Below are positions 50,501-63,370 of a stretch of DNA of 64,000 bases, in pieces. Source of the stretch: Amphiscolops sp. MND2022 (taxonomy: Eukaryota); assembly GCA_964187785.1 (NCBI GenBank), contig OZ076409.1, positions 1,860,001 to 1,924,000 of the forward strand. Reading direction: 5' to 3'. The position numbers and the translations under genes are program-made. Every line of letters starts with the position of its first letter. The stretch's first letter is position 1. The notes beneath the pieces were generated by a model that saw only the letters and a program-made list of their open reading frames with translations, was not told where the DNA came from and searched no databases.

Positions 50501-50613
50501 GATGGATCGTGGTCGCTTACCTCATGAGTGGCTTTAAAGATTCGAGGTGTTTTGGGATCGCGGATAGTCACTTTCATTGCTGTCAGGTCCACCAACACGT
50601 TGTATGTGCGCAA
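47511..50613 (-). pseudogene. pol: Reverse transcriptase, RNase H and integrase Zn finger (lesion near 49690)
   Basis: PWASGIVMVKKK, DAFPLPRID, MPFGLCNA, YIDD, TDASAVAIAGIL, DNQALSWL, HDESGHQG. Confidence 0.96.
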
Positions 50614-50912
50614 GAAATTACGACCCAGGAGGAAATCCTCCCAATACGATCGGCTATGACTACAAAGTTGGTCTTCAGAGTATTTCCGCCGAGCTGAAAG
50701 CTTACATCTTCGGCTATACCCACGGTGGTGATGCTTTTGCCATTGGCAGCGAAGAGTTCAACGTCATATGGTGATAGGCTCAGCGTGTGCTGGGAAGCAA
50801 TCTTCTTGTACGCACTCAATGAAAGGATGGAAACTCCCGATCCGGTGTCAATCATGCCGAAAAGTGGTATCGGTTTTTGCAGAGGAGTTCCGAATGCTAC
50901 TACTAGCGAGGC
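50583..50912 (-). pseudogene. Retropepsin aspartic protease (frameshifted near its C-terminus)
   Basis: MIDTGSGVSIL; in frame with the gag ORF across a single TGA at 50913-50915. Confidence 0.9.
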
Positions 50913-53900
50913 TCACTCATCAATCTGGGCTTCTCCTTGTGCATCTTGCACTCCAATGCTATAACAACGCAGTTCTTGCCTGCCCAGATATAGGCCTTGC
51001 GGAAAGTGTCCTTCCAGGACAACAATCGCATCAAACCTCATGTCCACACCATCAACCGTGATCGCTATGGGGACTGGCGCGATTGTCTTCACTCTCTGTA
51101 TCTGGGCCAGCTTGGTCTCATCATTCCTGGTAAAGTGGGGTAGTGGTCGCGAAGCTATCGTCAAACTGATATTGCGGCACAGTTCTTCTTTCAATTGTGC
51201 TAATGTGAGATTTGGACGCGCCTTTTGTTCCGCGGATAACAACAGATGGATGGATATTAGTGTTTCAGTACAGTCAGGCGCTGGTGCCTCAAGTGTCGTC
51301 AAGATTTGTTTCTCACCACAAGTTACAACCACAGGGCGTGATGGGCCTCCGTCTTCTGAAGTCGAGATCACCCTTATTTGATCCTCTGAATCGCAAAAGT
51401 CTGTTGAGTTTGCCACCGGGGCGTACCACGTCGCTTTTACTTGTTCTTCCGTTGCAACATTGTGAGGCGTCATACAATCAGATGCCACGTGGCCTACATG
51501 ACCACAATTAACACAAAATGCTGATGTTCCTTGTTCTGGTAGGGTTGCGGGCATTAAGTCATCATTCATGCCGCGTGGGATCGATGGGCACACCCATTCT
51601 CCAGCTGTGTTCGTGCGACACGAATTAACTATTTGCTCTACTGGTTTCCGTGCTCGGTCTTTCAAAGGACAATCAGCTGCAAAGTGTGAAGGATCTCCAC
51701 AGTTGAAACACGTTCGCTGCGGTTGTTGTCGGAAAGCTGGAGGCTGTTGTGGGAGTTGCTGGGCGTTGGGCGCTTGAGGTGCTTGTGCCTGTGCTTGGTT
51801 TTGCGGGTTCGCTGCGACAGGCGGCTGTTGTTGTTGTTGTGGTGCAGGATAATTTTCCGAACGTGTCGAACCACGCATACGCAGGTATTGTTGTACCGTG
51901 AATCGTAAGGCCTCCACAGTTGGGGGTGTGTCTACATACTGTTCCTGTGCATACATGAGTGCAAGGTTTCGTTTCAACTCATAGCTTCGTACCCCTTCGA
52001 TGAACTTCTGCATAATTTCATAGCGCCTCACCGCAACTTCCTCGTTGGGAAAACCTTGGCTGCGCAAACCTTCCAATGCGTCAAGGTATTGCATGTAGTC
52101 TTCATCCGGGGACTGATTACGTGTAGGGAACTGTTGTTGTATTTGGATCTTATTAGATCCTGTTCCAAATCTTCGTGCTAGCAGCGCGAAGACTTTTTCA
52201 TCAGTATCGCGTTCCGCTTCTGATTTATTTGTAATATAGTCCCGTGCTTCATTTTGTAGGAACTCCACAATGGTCCATGCTCTGTCTAAAGGAGTGTCTT
52301 TTGCATGGGCTTTTTCCAGGTAACGCCTCATCAGCATTAGCCAGCCATCCACTATTCCATCGCGTGTGCCACGACACTTGGTAGGTTTGTTCTTGGATTC
52401 TTTGGCTGCTAATAATGGCCCCAGACCTTTGGACATCGCGGTGGTTATTGCTTCCGCCAACGCTTGGCTGTGTATAGCGTTTGGAGCATTGTCTTTGTCC
52501 TTGGCAGCTCCTTCCACCGTTCCAGTGTTCAGGTTCCTTCTCGAGATTGTCTTCCTTTGCGTGCTAGAGGCCAATGGCCGTGATTGGTCGTTACTATGGG
52601 GTAACATTGAGCGTTTTGTGCCAAGCATTGACGAAACAGCAGTTTGATATTCGGTACTTCCTGATGCTGTTTTCATGTTACTATGCATTTGGTCGCTGGC
52701 CGCTGAGTAATAATGTCCAGTCGTTGAGGCACCTCTAGCATATGGGTCGAATGAAGGGGGGCCTGATATGTCGCAGCGCTGTACTTCAGTTTGACTGGCT
52801 GTTGACAATTGGGTTTTCATCGGCACCTTCTTGTACGTTGCGGGTGGTTGTAACTTTGGGTGTTTGTCTGATCCGGTTTCGTCACACATTGGCGTTTGGA
52901 AACTTCTCGATAGGAGGGGTGCTGAATAGGAAACGCACTCGTAGATGGTATGTCTGCAGGGTTTGGTGCCACCGGCACGGGTGAGGGACGGTTTGGTATC
53001 GTCGCCACTACGGTCTTCACCCCTAGGGTTAAATCCTGGACCGTAGTCATGAGGTCCACCATGCGTTTGTCGACATCTAAGTCTCTGTGGTGCATCATTT
53101 CGGACATGTGTTTTAGGCGCTCATCCGCTTGCTGATCTCTTTGCACCATTATTGCCGTCATCTCCGATATACGTTTTTCCGTCAGGTCCTTGACTGATGC
53201 CACGGACGTTTCTATCTTGCCCTGGTTGACTCGTCCTTCCATCTTGATCTCACTCACCTCCTTTCGTAACTCTTCTACTTCCATCACCAGAACTTCTGCC
53301 CGACGGACATGGTCAGTGTTTTCCTGGGCTAACTTTATTTGGACTCGTTTCAATTGTTCCATACTATGTCCAAAATCTTCTCGTATGGCTTCAGTTTCTT
53401 TGATACCTCTGGCGATCGTCGAATTTGGGGATGCTGCACTGCCGGCATCGGAGTGTTGGGGCGTTGCCGTGCGTTCCAGCAATGGTGGTGTAGTGGAGGC
53501 ATAATTCTGGAGAGTCACTCCTTTTCTGGTCTTCCGCTTTCCCGGCTGACTTTCCGAAGGAGCTATCGCAGTGTCACCCAGTGTATTTCTGCTACTATCA
53601 AACACTGGTACTCCGGAACCCAGCGGGTCCGCACTTGTGCCCAAGTGAGGGGTGATTTCTCCCGAAGTCATGCCCACATTCATATTGTCAACCCACTTAC
53701 TGATATTCGAGCTAGTAGCTACTTCTCTATTCGAGTTCGGCCAGTCCTCGGTAACAATCACGGAAGTGGTCAGAGGAAGCCATACGTTGGTATGGTTTAT
53801 GGGAGTTTCATTAGCAAGTTCGGTGCTATCAAAGGACATCTTTGAGGAATTTGCTTGGCCTGTATGCGCAATTTGCGAATTTTGCTCAATGTTAGACACG

Positions 53901-53983
53901 TTATCTGACATTACGTCGTCTAAAAACAGGTCGGCGATCATATCCAGCGGTGCTATTTCAGCTTGTGTACTCAGGGTATGCAA
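50913..53983 (-). pseudogene. gag: Gag region (coiled-coil 52817-53983, frameshift, capsid, two CCHC knuckles, degenerate protease-like domain)
   Basis: WLMLMRRYL...L..RFG...RNQSPDEDYMQY capsid pattern; knuckles CFNCGDPSHFAADC and CVNCGHVGHVASDC. Confidence 0.9.
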
Positions 53984-56921
53984 CTCTTCTATGTTGTTCG
54001 CGAACGGGTTGTAGCTTGAAATTCACTAGACTCCAATGATGTCTCACTCACGAATAACAAATATTCCCACTCACTCAAACTCATTTTTGCTTGCAGTTTT
54101 TGCAGCTCAACTAAATTAGATTTTTTTCCGTCTTTTACTCACTCCTTCTCTTCAACAAATTGAATTGAAGGCAACTCAAAATGGAAGTTTTGATATCCCT
54201 TTCTCAGATATTCTAACTAAACTGTCGTACTATTAAGTTCTGGAGTTTGTAGCTCGTGATCGCCCTCTTGATTCTATTTCGAGATCAGCTGACTGTCATA
54301 AACTTCACACTCCTAATTACATGCACTAACTCAAGATTACATGCACTGGTGTTAGTCACCACTAATCAGAACAGAAAGGTTTGTTTCCCCACTAACTGGA
54401 GATAGTTATTCTACGCAAATTCAAAGTTAAGCTTTTTAAGTTTTTTTTACTGTTACTCACACTAAACTACGCTTTATCTAGCCACAGGCTATGTGGTCGG
54501 GATAAGTAAAGGCTTTGGCGCGCTATCAGAACTTTGCAGAGATTTATTCAAGAAATCACCGCGCTTTTCTTCTGGGAGCGTACACTTTGTCACTCGTACT
54601 GACTTTTAATAGGAGAGCACCTGTGGTGTTGCTACAACAAGGGGTGTTCGGAACTAGACCTTGGGGGTGAGTAGGTGTTAGGACATTTTCAAACAAGAGA
54701 GTTATCGTAATCTGATCGTAGCACGATCAATGGAAACACAGTTCTTTACAATTTCATATGCTACTATACTCAATTTTCTGTCTCGAGACGCACCGCGTCC
54801 ACTATCCACGTCTCCTAGAGAACTCCTAATTGCGTTTTAGCTCTCTCGCGTCATTTCTCAGTCGAGGCAAACGTGAATGCACCTATCAGTTCGCATTAAG
54901 GTGACCCTGGTGGTCGTTGGGAGAGAAAATACAATTTTTGTGTTTTGCACTCCTATGTCTCGTAGACAGCTTTTTGACAAACCCAAGGTTTTAGGGTTGA
55001 GCTAGCTCTATTCCGATTACTTCAATGGGACGTGCTATGGATGCCTGGTGTAGAATTAGGGTCGCTTAAACCTTCACTTGCAACTACACCTACGAAAAGT
55101 GTATAATTTTTCGCAAAATTTCTCAAAATCGGCAATTCTTTCCCCAAAGTGCACGCCTGGGGAAGGTGATTATCACTTCTGGAGCTAGTAGCGACCTGAA
55201 AAATTAACACGGTATACTACTGTAACCAAATCGTGGGAAAATTACCTCCGATTGCGCCAAAATTGATTATACGTGACTTGGGGTCGCTTCAGAATGTTGT
55301 TTGAAGAATCGACTATATTGTGAAATTTACAAAAGTCTGTCAAACTCGCCTTCTAGGCTTCCTAGCTACCTGAAATTTTGTATGCGAGCGTGAATTTTGC
55401 CCACGTAACAGAAAAACAAAATAGCGGGGTGCCCAGGTCAATATTCCGCAATCCGAGTTGACAAAACTATGATGTACCCTATTAGTCACTTCCTGGGGCC
55501 AAAATTCACAAAAATGTCAATTTCTCCAAATTGGACAGTAGCAAGCTGCTCAAAATGCACAAATCGTCGGGCTCTAGTGCTGTGTGTACGAAAATGCAAG
55601 AATTTTAGTGCTGGGATACTCCGAAGGTGTTGCACTATGCTCAACTAAAATACGATTTTTTTTGACAGTTTCGTACAATTTTTGAGCAAAACTGCGGCTA
55701 AGATTTCTCAATCACTAGTAATGGTAGCGCTACGAAAATTACACCACTAACGTAACTTTTTGCGGTCTACATGATGGTGCAATTCGTTTTGGGCTACTCC
55801 TGCTAGGAGAGATTTCGACTTGTCTCAGGGACACTACTCCAGTGTTCCGAAAATGTCGCGAAAACAACGCGTTTTCGGCCATTTCTCAGCAACTATTGGT
55901 TGGAATTACTCGCGGTTTTCTGCGTTTGCAACGTTATACCCTATACTAACGGATAATAGGCAAGCAAAACCTGGCAGAGTCCAAATAAGGTCTCTCAAAC
56001 TAACTTTCAAGTTGCACCTTTGACACTCTGGAAACAATGTGAAAAATACGTATTTTCGCTAGGAACTTTTTATTTCTCGGTTCCCAGATGTTCGGGATGG
56101 TTTTAAAAGTACAGTAGGAAGGCGTGACAACTTTATTTAGGGGAGTGGGGTTATTTCAATTATTACTTTTGATGTTATTACTCTCAGGTCTATGGGGTCC
56201 TCTTGTTTCTCAATGTTTCAACAATTTAGCCCAGCAAATTTTTCTGTTCCTGACCTAGCAGGTCTGATGGAACGTTTTTTTTGTATTCCCACTGGCCGTA
56301 TCCTTTTCCACTAGATTTCAACTTTCAACACCTCAAAAATCGGTATTTGAGCTATATATGGTGTTGTTTTCAAGGTTTCCGCGCTCAAATTTTGAATCAA
56401 CTGGTCCAAACACCCACAGGGTATTTTCCCCAGTTAATTTTAGTGGGAACAGGCTTGGGAATATGCTTTTTGGGCCGATTATTAGAAAGAATTAGCAATA
56501 TAACCCGATTGACGTGGGTATACGGCAACTACAGGGGTACTGGAGGTGTGATGTCGGAGGTGCTCACACACTGTCGTCAGCTAATTGGGGCCTTCAGCAC
56601 TCGTCCTCCCGGTCCCCATACATTGCTAATTTACTAAAACGGAGCTACAAAACCCTTTAAAACCAGTTCCGGATAGGCTGGATTAACATTTTCAACAGGT
56701 GTTATCAAAATACAAGGGGTACACTGTCTGAAATCGTCGATTTTCGGTTTCAGACCCCGGAAATACGCAGGACACGCAGGAAAAACACTAGTACAAGGCC
56801 CACAGGGCTAGAATAGGGCAATAAAAACAATCTAGGACTCTCCAACAAGTTTTCCTAGATCCAGACCTAGCAGGGCCGGAAAGCAGGAAAAACTCCAATT
56901 ATGGCGAAAAGATGGAAAAAG

Positions 56922-56939
56922 GTCCCTTGTGGGGCGCCA
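56922..56939 (-). promoter_or_regulatory. tRNA-Lys-like primer-binding site, 16 nt from the LTR
   Basis: TGGCGCCCCACAAGGGAC resembles the Lys3-type PBS TGGCGCCCGAACAGGGAC. Confidence 0.75.
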
Positions 56940-56955
56940 TAAAAACTACTCTAGA

Positions 56956-57670
56956 TGTAACGTCAAGCAAGTAACGCACATACCAGAACTGGGACAATAC
57001 TTAGGTTGCCTAGACAGGAGACCATAGTCCTATGACAAGCCTAAATACCAGTTTTCGTCCCTAAAGGTCTCCTAGGGACTTTTCCAAAACACCGTGGAGA
57101 CTCCTCTTATTAGAGCTCCGTGGCGACGTGCCGGCACACTCAAAGTCCGGACACGTCCCACAAGCATGTAAAAACGTTCCTAAAAACTTCCTGCGGTCCT
57201 ACATACTCCCGAGGTCCGAAAGCAGGGTTCTAGCTGAAATGCATTCTATTTCAGAAAATAACGTCTAAATACTCCATTACAAGGATCTGGCAGATCCGAC
57301 ATCATCATAAATCTGCAAATCAATACTAATGACATCAGAATTAATTAAGATTGGCACTTCTGGTATGTTTCTATTGAATTCGCGATTCTCTTCATCTTCT
57401 TCGCTGTGGGATATCTGGATCTCAGAACATTTTTGTATTGAAAACGCACTTTTCTGGGGAGATGACACAAATCCGAGCATTTTTCTTGTTCTTCCTCATC
57501 GTGTCAGTGTCTTTTCTTCTTTTCTGGGTCGGGGTGGGGGTCGTCTCTCTTCTTTTTTGCTTCTTTTTTGATTTCAACGACCTGCCAGGTCGGCCATTTT
57601 GATTCGCACACTTTCTGGTCCTTGATCGAATTTTTCATCGAAAATTTGGTGCTGACTGGTGGACGTTACA
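56956..57670 (-). repeat. Gypsy 5' LTR
   Basis: Matches 38782-39497. Confidence 0.97.
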
Positions 57671-57855
57671 GTAGGTTCAATTTTTGGTTGCCGATTCTGG
57701 TTGTTTATGTTTTATTATTTCTTTTTTAATTTTTATTTTTAACGGAATTTATTTTTTAACATTCAATGTGACATCAAGGAATGATATGTTTCAACATTCA
57801 ATGCATACTTTGAACTTTTGTCAATCCTTTGACAATTATTTTTACACAGATCTTA

Positions 57856-58601
57856 CAGTAGCGTTCTAAAATATCGCAACCTCATTGCTTAAAATGGCAA
57901 AATTCAAAACCAAATATCACGTAAACTGTCACGAGTACAAAACTTTAAAAGCTACAAAAGTTTCTTAGAATTTCCTCTAGTTTACAAAAATCCTTGTTTG
58001 AAATTTCTGCCAACCACACTGAAAAAGTTAGAAAATGCAAATTTTAGAAAATTTTATTGAAGTTTGAGTTTTTCTCGAAAATTGAGCAGCTTAGAATTAA
58101 AATTTTTTTTTCATTCGGAGACTCCCTATAATCTCCCGAACCTACTGAATTGCTTTGATCGAGAAATTGTTTCGAAATAGAAAAAATGCACTATATTTTG
58201 TGTCTATAAGCACTGAAGTACATGTGTTAAGATACGCTATGAAAATTGTAAGAAAATTGATGATTTTTATTTGAAATCGAAAATTTTCTTCAATCAAATC
58301 ATATCAAAAGTTTAGGGAGAATTGGGGGCAAATGATTGACTAAAATTTTTTCAAAAATATTTTTTCAACTTTGTGAAAATCAAGAAAACCTGCAAATTTG
58401 ATTAAATTTTGTCGAAATTTCCAATTTCTAACTTTTGTAATTTTTGTCGCAGAAATTTCAAACAACATTTTTGTAAACTAGATGAAATTCTAAGAAACTT
58501 TTGTAGCTGGCAAATTTTGTAGTTGTGGCAGTTTTGAAAATATTTGGATTTGAAATTCGCAATTTTAAGCAATGGAGTTGCGATTTTTTAGAACGCTACT
58601 G
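57856..58601. mobile_element. Tc1/mariner-type MITE with long TIRs and TA TSD
   Basis: TA|CAGTAGCGTTCTAAAA ... TTTTAGAACGCTACTG|TA. Imperfect inverted similarity extends ~160 bp. Confidence 0.88.
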
Positions 58602-59109
58602 TACTTATGACTGAATGTTACGTTAAAAATTGAGTAAGTTACTTCGAAAGATGCAAGCTCAGCAAACTGGGGGCATCTTAGCACTGGTAAAGATATCGGA
58701 TGACGTACGCATTGTTCTAATTCACTCGAAATTGTCCGAGCCGACTCGACAAGAGCATTGTCAAAATGTGCCATATGAGCGCTAATCTTCAAGCAAGACT
58801 CTAATGTCAAGATAATGCCATCATTATTTTCTTCAAAACCGCGAAATTCAATCAGTTATGGGTTGTTCGTTGTATGCTCCCTTTCCTTAGTTCTTTTATA
58901 TTACGGCAATGACACAATGAAGGACCATTGGTCCCGACTCATCAATCTACAAAGGAAGCTATCGTCTCCAACCTTGGCTCTAGAAACCCCCACAGGGCTG
59001 TTCGGTAAAACTTCATGATGGACAAAATCAAAAAAAGAATATTATTCTAAGTGAAATTGGTTAATAAAACCACTTTGCATGTTTTGTTAAGCTTGAAGTT
59101 TGTAAAGAA

Positions 59110-59596
59110 CAAGACGGGAACGTCTAAAGTCGGCACTATATCTAAGGCTCAAAAAGCGCAGATTTGAAATATGCGTAGGACGTTTTCGTGAAAAACTCCT
59201 GTTTTCGGACCTCCACCTCCTCCTTACAAAAACGCAATGTAGTTCGGATATAACTTCAAAATTTCGGATATAGCGCTTAACTCCGTATATTACGAGGGGG
59301 ACTTCAATAAACTCGAAGGGGGGCCCTTTGCAGACAAAAGAATTTTCGAAAAAAATCTCGCAGCGCCAAAAACAATTAAAAGGGGGACCCTTTGGTCTCA
59401 TCTGGTTTTGTATGTTACGTTTAAAAAGTAAAAATTGAAAGGGGGACTCTTTGCAATAACTTAGATGCGTTTCCCACGTATTCGTTCAGTTGAACAAACT
59501 TTACAAAAATTTCTTCGCTTCGAGTCTGTTTTTTTTTTAAAAAAACGAGTAACTGTATTAGTTGGGCTCTTTGTTAATAGAAGCGCCGATTAAAAA
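59110..59596 (-). mobile_element. HINE/DINE-1-like element
   Basis: CAAGACGGGAACGTCTAAAGTCGGCAC ... AAGCGCCGATTAAAAA. Confidence 0.78.
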
Positions 59597-62057
59597 CAAA
59601 AAAAAACATCGGCGACCTGCTGATGAGCCAATAGTTCCAAACCGTTTAGATTTCTACTTTTTTTGATCCAATTGAGACTGCTGAGACTTTCGCGGTATAA
59701 AGGGAATAATTAGTTCTCTGGAATAGGCATCAGAAACTCAGAAACATCATTACCATCAAACCACTTTAGCTGCATCTGCACTTTATAGCCGTTCTGTGGC
59801 TGTGGCTTTTTTGGTTGGATTCTGAAGCCATGTAACGTTATTGAAGCCATGCAGTTTGCAACTCCTGCAACTTTCTCTTTAAATTAGCGATTTCACTCGC
59901 TTACGTCATCGTCTTTGTTTAACCAATGTTTCAAATATGGAAAAAGTGAAAAACATTCTGTTGCCTTTCCACGATCCTCTTTCCGAAAAGCTGCAGTCCA
60001 CAGAGAGTGGTAAGAGTTTTTCAAGGAAACCCGTTGGACGGATGGATCGTCGAAGGCTCCGTTGGAAATTCCTTGTCCGAGCACCACAATTCTTTATTGT
60101 TGTTCTTGCAGTTTTTCCTCCATTGTCTTGGTGTTTTCTTCTTTTGAATTGTTTGGTTCTCCGCTATTTGTTGTATTGAACCTCGAAATGTTTCTACATA
60201 TATTTTTTTCATTTTTCCGGGGTTTCGTTTTTGTTAGTTTCTCTACATTTTCATCTACAGTTTGTTAGAGCATCTACATTTTCTGTTTTTTTTTCGGATT
60301 CGTTCATGATGTGGACCAGCCATTCGGTCCTATCAGGGAAAACTTCATTCTTGTAGGGCTCACGTGCTAAATGGTGTTTTGAAGTTTCAGGAGTTTCAGT
60401 TTAATTGTGACTTAGTACTGTTCAGTATCTCGATTGGGAGTGAGGATCTCAAATTAGCATACGAGTCCTTCGCAGTTTATACAGGGTCTTTCAGAATTTA
60501 TGTGTCAAATTATCTACAAATTGTGCAAAAATGGTCAAATTCTACATTTTTTTTGGTTTCAGAGAGAAACCTTGCAAATTTTGATTGATGTTCTTTTGTT
60601 TCGCTCAATTTTGTTGCTAAGTAGAAATTTCAATTTTTCACACTTGCAATTTCTGATCATGAACAAAGTTGGAAATTCTCTCTTTTCAAATTATGTTACT
60701 GTAACGGCAAGCGCTGAGCGTTTGTTCCGCAACAACAGGGTGGATGAACTGATATCATAGGTATGGTCCGTAATACCACCAAAACCACCATGACACCAGC
60801 CCATTTTACATCCTAAGGGTAGCCGGTCCGCCTTATTGGACGCTCTGTGGCCTGATACCAGTCTGTAACTGCTAGAAATTACGGAAATTGCACTGGGATT
60901 TGCAACCACTGCATAAGTACGTCAAAAACTGGGTTTTCGTTGATAACTGAATTTCCTCCCAGTGGGAATCTATACCAAGCAAATGTGGCCAGCGGTGAAA
61001 TAACAATAGCCCTCGAGCAAACTACGATCTAAATAGATTAAACAACACAGCCTTTGCTCAGCTGTTTTCTGGCAGGTACTTCGTCATGCTCAGGATGCCA
61101 CGTCAGATTTGAACGAATTTTTCGAAAACTGTCAAAATTTCGTTGCTCATTGGATGCCGTTACATACGATTACCTACTGGCTCTGGGGAAGATTGGAGTT
61201 GTTTGTCAATAAACGGAGCCCGAGGACGAAAACGGAGCCCGAGGATCTCAAGTTATCAGTTGAATTGGGTATAAGAAGAATTTACGTCAGAGAAGTTAAA
61301 AGAGCAGTCGGAAATATTCGAAAGCGATTACATTTGTGTGAAGGATCAGAATGGAGGTCATTTCCAGCACCTAATGTAGATGAATAAACTTATAAAGTAT
61401 CAAAATCAAAAGTACCATATATTGTTGAAAATCTGTTAAAGAATTGTTATGATCTGAATAGTAGTAGCTGAGATATTTGAAATGAAAGTTGATATTTTGT
61501 CTGAAAGATCCTGTATTTTCATGAGGTATGTCCCTATAATTTGGGTTTCTTGCAGTATTACTTGTCTGTCTACAGGTAATTGTATATTCACTTCTTTTGA
61601 TATTTGTATTTTCCCCTTGTTTGTTGTGTTTCGAAGTGTTGGTTGATTGTTTGAAAAAATGAGTTGTGCTTTTTTGGTCAGTTTTTTTCTGTTTTTTTTG
61701 GTTGGGTTGTTCTTTCGGGTGATTAGTGATTTGAGTCCACTCATTGATTTGTTTTCACCTGAAATAATTCGTATTCATTTGCGTCCATCTCATTTCTTTT
61801 AAGTTTTTTCATGTAAATAACACCATTGAATTGTTCATTGCGTTTTTGTGAAACATTATTTCTCTGTGATGCCATATCATTCCAGATAAAATTTCAGGTC
61901 TTTTCGTTCAGTTGTAGGTTCGACACAAGAAGTCAGATTTTCGAAAGATAATGAATTTTAGTTCTAAAAATTGTACCCTTGTTTCATCATTTCCAGTTTC
62001 GTTTGTACGGTTGTTACAGTTGACGATCCTTTGGATACGGTCCGATACCTCTTGCAT

Positions 62058-62536
62058 CCTCGTGTCAACATGCGTGAACTTTTTAAATGTTCTTTAAAGT
62101 TGCCACCATCTTTATGATGATTTTCTAAAACGTCTACGGAAACTTCCCATGCGAAAATAATTCACTCTTGTACTCGACTTCCACCAAGCTTTCTAAATTT
62201 GGCGGCAATTTCAAGCCTTGAAGTTTCGCTGATTTCATGCAGACGCGGTTCTAATTTTAAATGGGCTGCGTTGCTATCGATTTTACTTCAGTTGCGTAAC
62301 AAAATGCATGTTACCGCCATGTTTAGTGTGCTATTTGAGAAACGGCGAACACATCAGTTGAGTACCTGAGAAAACAAAGTCATCGTGTCTGTAATGAAGT
62401 GGGTTTCCTTTTCTAATTTAATTGCAGCAATGGAAAATGCAATGTAATGTTACGAGTCTTACCACAGGAACCTCACTGAAATATCTAGGTTCTAAGACTT
62501 GCAGCATACGAAAAATTCCAGCAATCTCAACTAGGG
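62058..62536. mobile_element. CCCTAG-family MITE, inverted relative to 62738-63291
   Basis: Ends GCAATCTCAACTAGGG; interior is the reverse complement of the family (AATTGCCGCCAAA, TTTTAGAAAATCAT). Confidence 0.6.
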
Positions 62537-62737
62537 CCAATTCGCTAAACACTGTAAATCTCGGCCACTAGTTTGACATCATCCGATAAAACGTTTCCAT
62601 TCGCATTGTTTAATATGAGTATGGATAATGCTGTTCATTGTTCCGCCGTGTCGAGCATCATTAAATGGTCAAATTCTGGATTGGAATTTGATTTGAATAG
62701 TCAAATTCTGGACGGAACAGACAAACGTTACGCGGTA

Positions 62738-63291
62738 CCCTAGTTGAAACTGCAGGAACTTTTTACATGCTGCAGACCTGCATGCAGGGTAATTTGTTAT
62801 AAAACCTAGAAAATTCAGTGAATTTCGGGTGGTAAATCATGTACAAATACACTGCATTTTCCACTCCTGCAATTAAATTTGAAAATAAATTCCACTACGT
62901 TACCGACATAATCACTTTGTATTCACACCTTGTTCTCTCAACTACTCATCTGATGTGATAACTGCTCCTCAAATGGTGCGCTAAACATGACGCTAATTTA
63001 CGGTTTATTTATTATGCGACTGAAGTAAATTTGCATTAAATTGGAGGTATAACTGATAGCAACTTATTTGCTTTTAAAATTATAACTGCTGCTTAATGAA
63101 ACCTGCAAAACTTCAAGGTTTAAAATTGCCGCCAAAACTTTGATGAATCTTTCAAGCAGCTTGATAAAAGTTGAATACAACAGGTAAATATTTTCGCTTG
63201 AAAGTTTCCGTAAGAGTTTTAGAAAATCATAATGAAAGTTGCTGGCAACTTTAAAGTTTATGCAAAAAAGTTCGAGCAATTTCAACAAGGG
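62738..63291. mobile_element. CCCTAG-family MITE, TA TSD
   Basis: TA|CCCTAGTTGAAACTGC ... GCAATTTCAACAAGGG|TA. Confidence 0.8.
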
Positions 63292-63370
63292 TAGTAAATT
63301 ATCGTTTTGAGTTTTCATTAGGATCTTTGGGTGCTTCTATTGCCCTCTATACCACATTGGGAAAAAGGAA

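Larger units (their letters stand above)
38782..57670 (-). mobile_element. Large (~18.9 kb) Ty3/Gypsy LTR retrotransposon with multiple frameshifts and stops
   Basis: ~716-bp LTRs with TGTAACGTC...GACGTTACA termini, PPT, PBS and PR-RT-RH-IN domain order. Confidence 0.97.

Noticed and set aside
39956..53983. Apparent mismatch between young LTRs and many ORF lesions (trans-mobilised dead copy)
   Set aside because: About one indel and three substitutions over two ~716-bp LTRs scales to roughly the number of lesions seen over 14 kb, so post-insertion decay suffices.
60691..60909. GWCHGG motif suggesting a LanC-like protein
   Set aside because: Single short motif in a 72-aa ORF with no supporting context.
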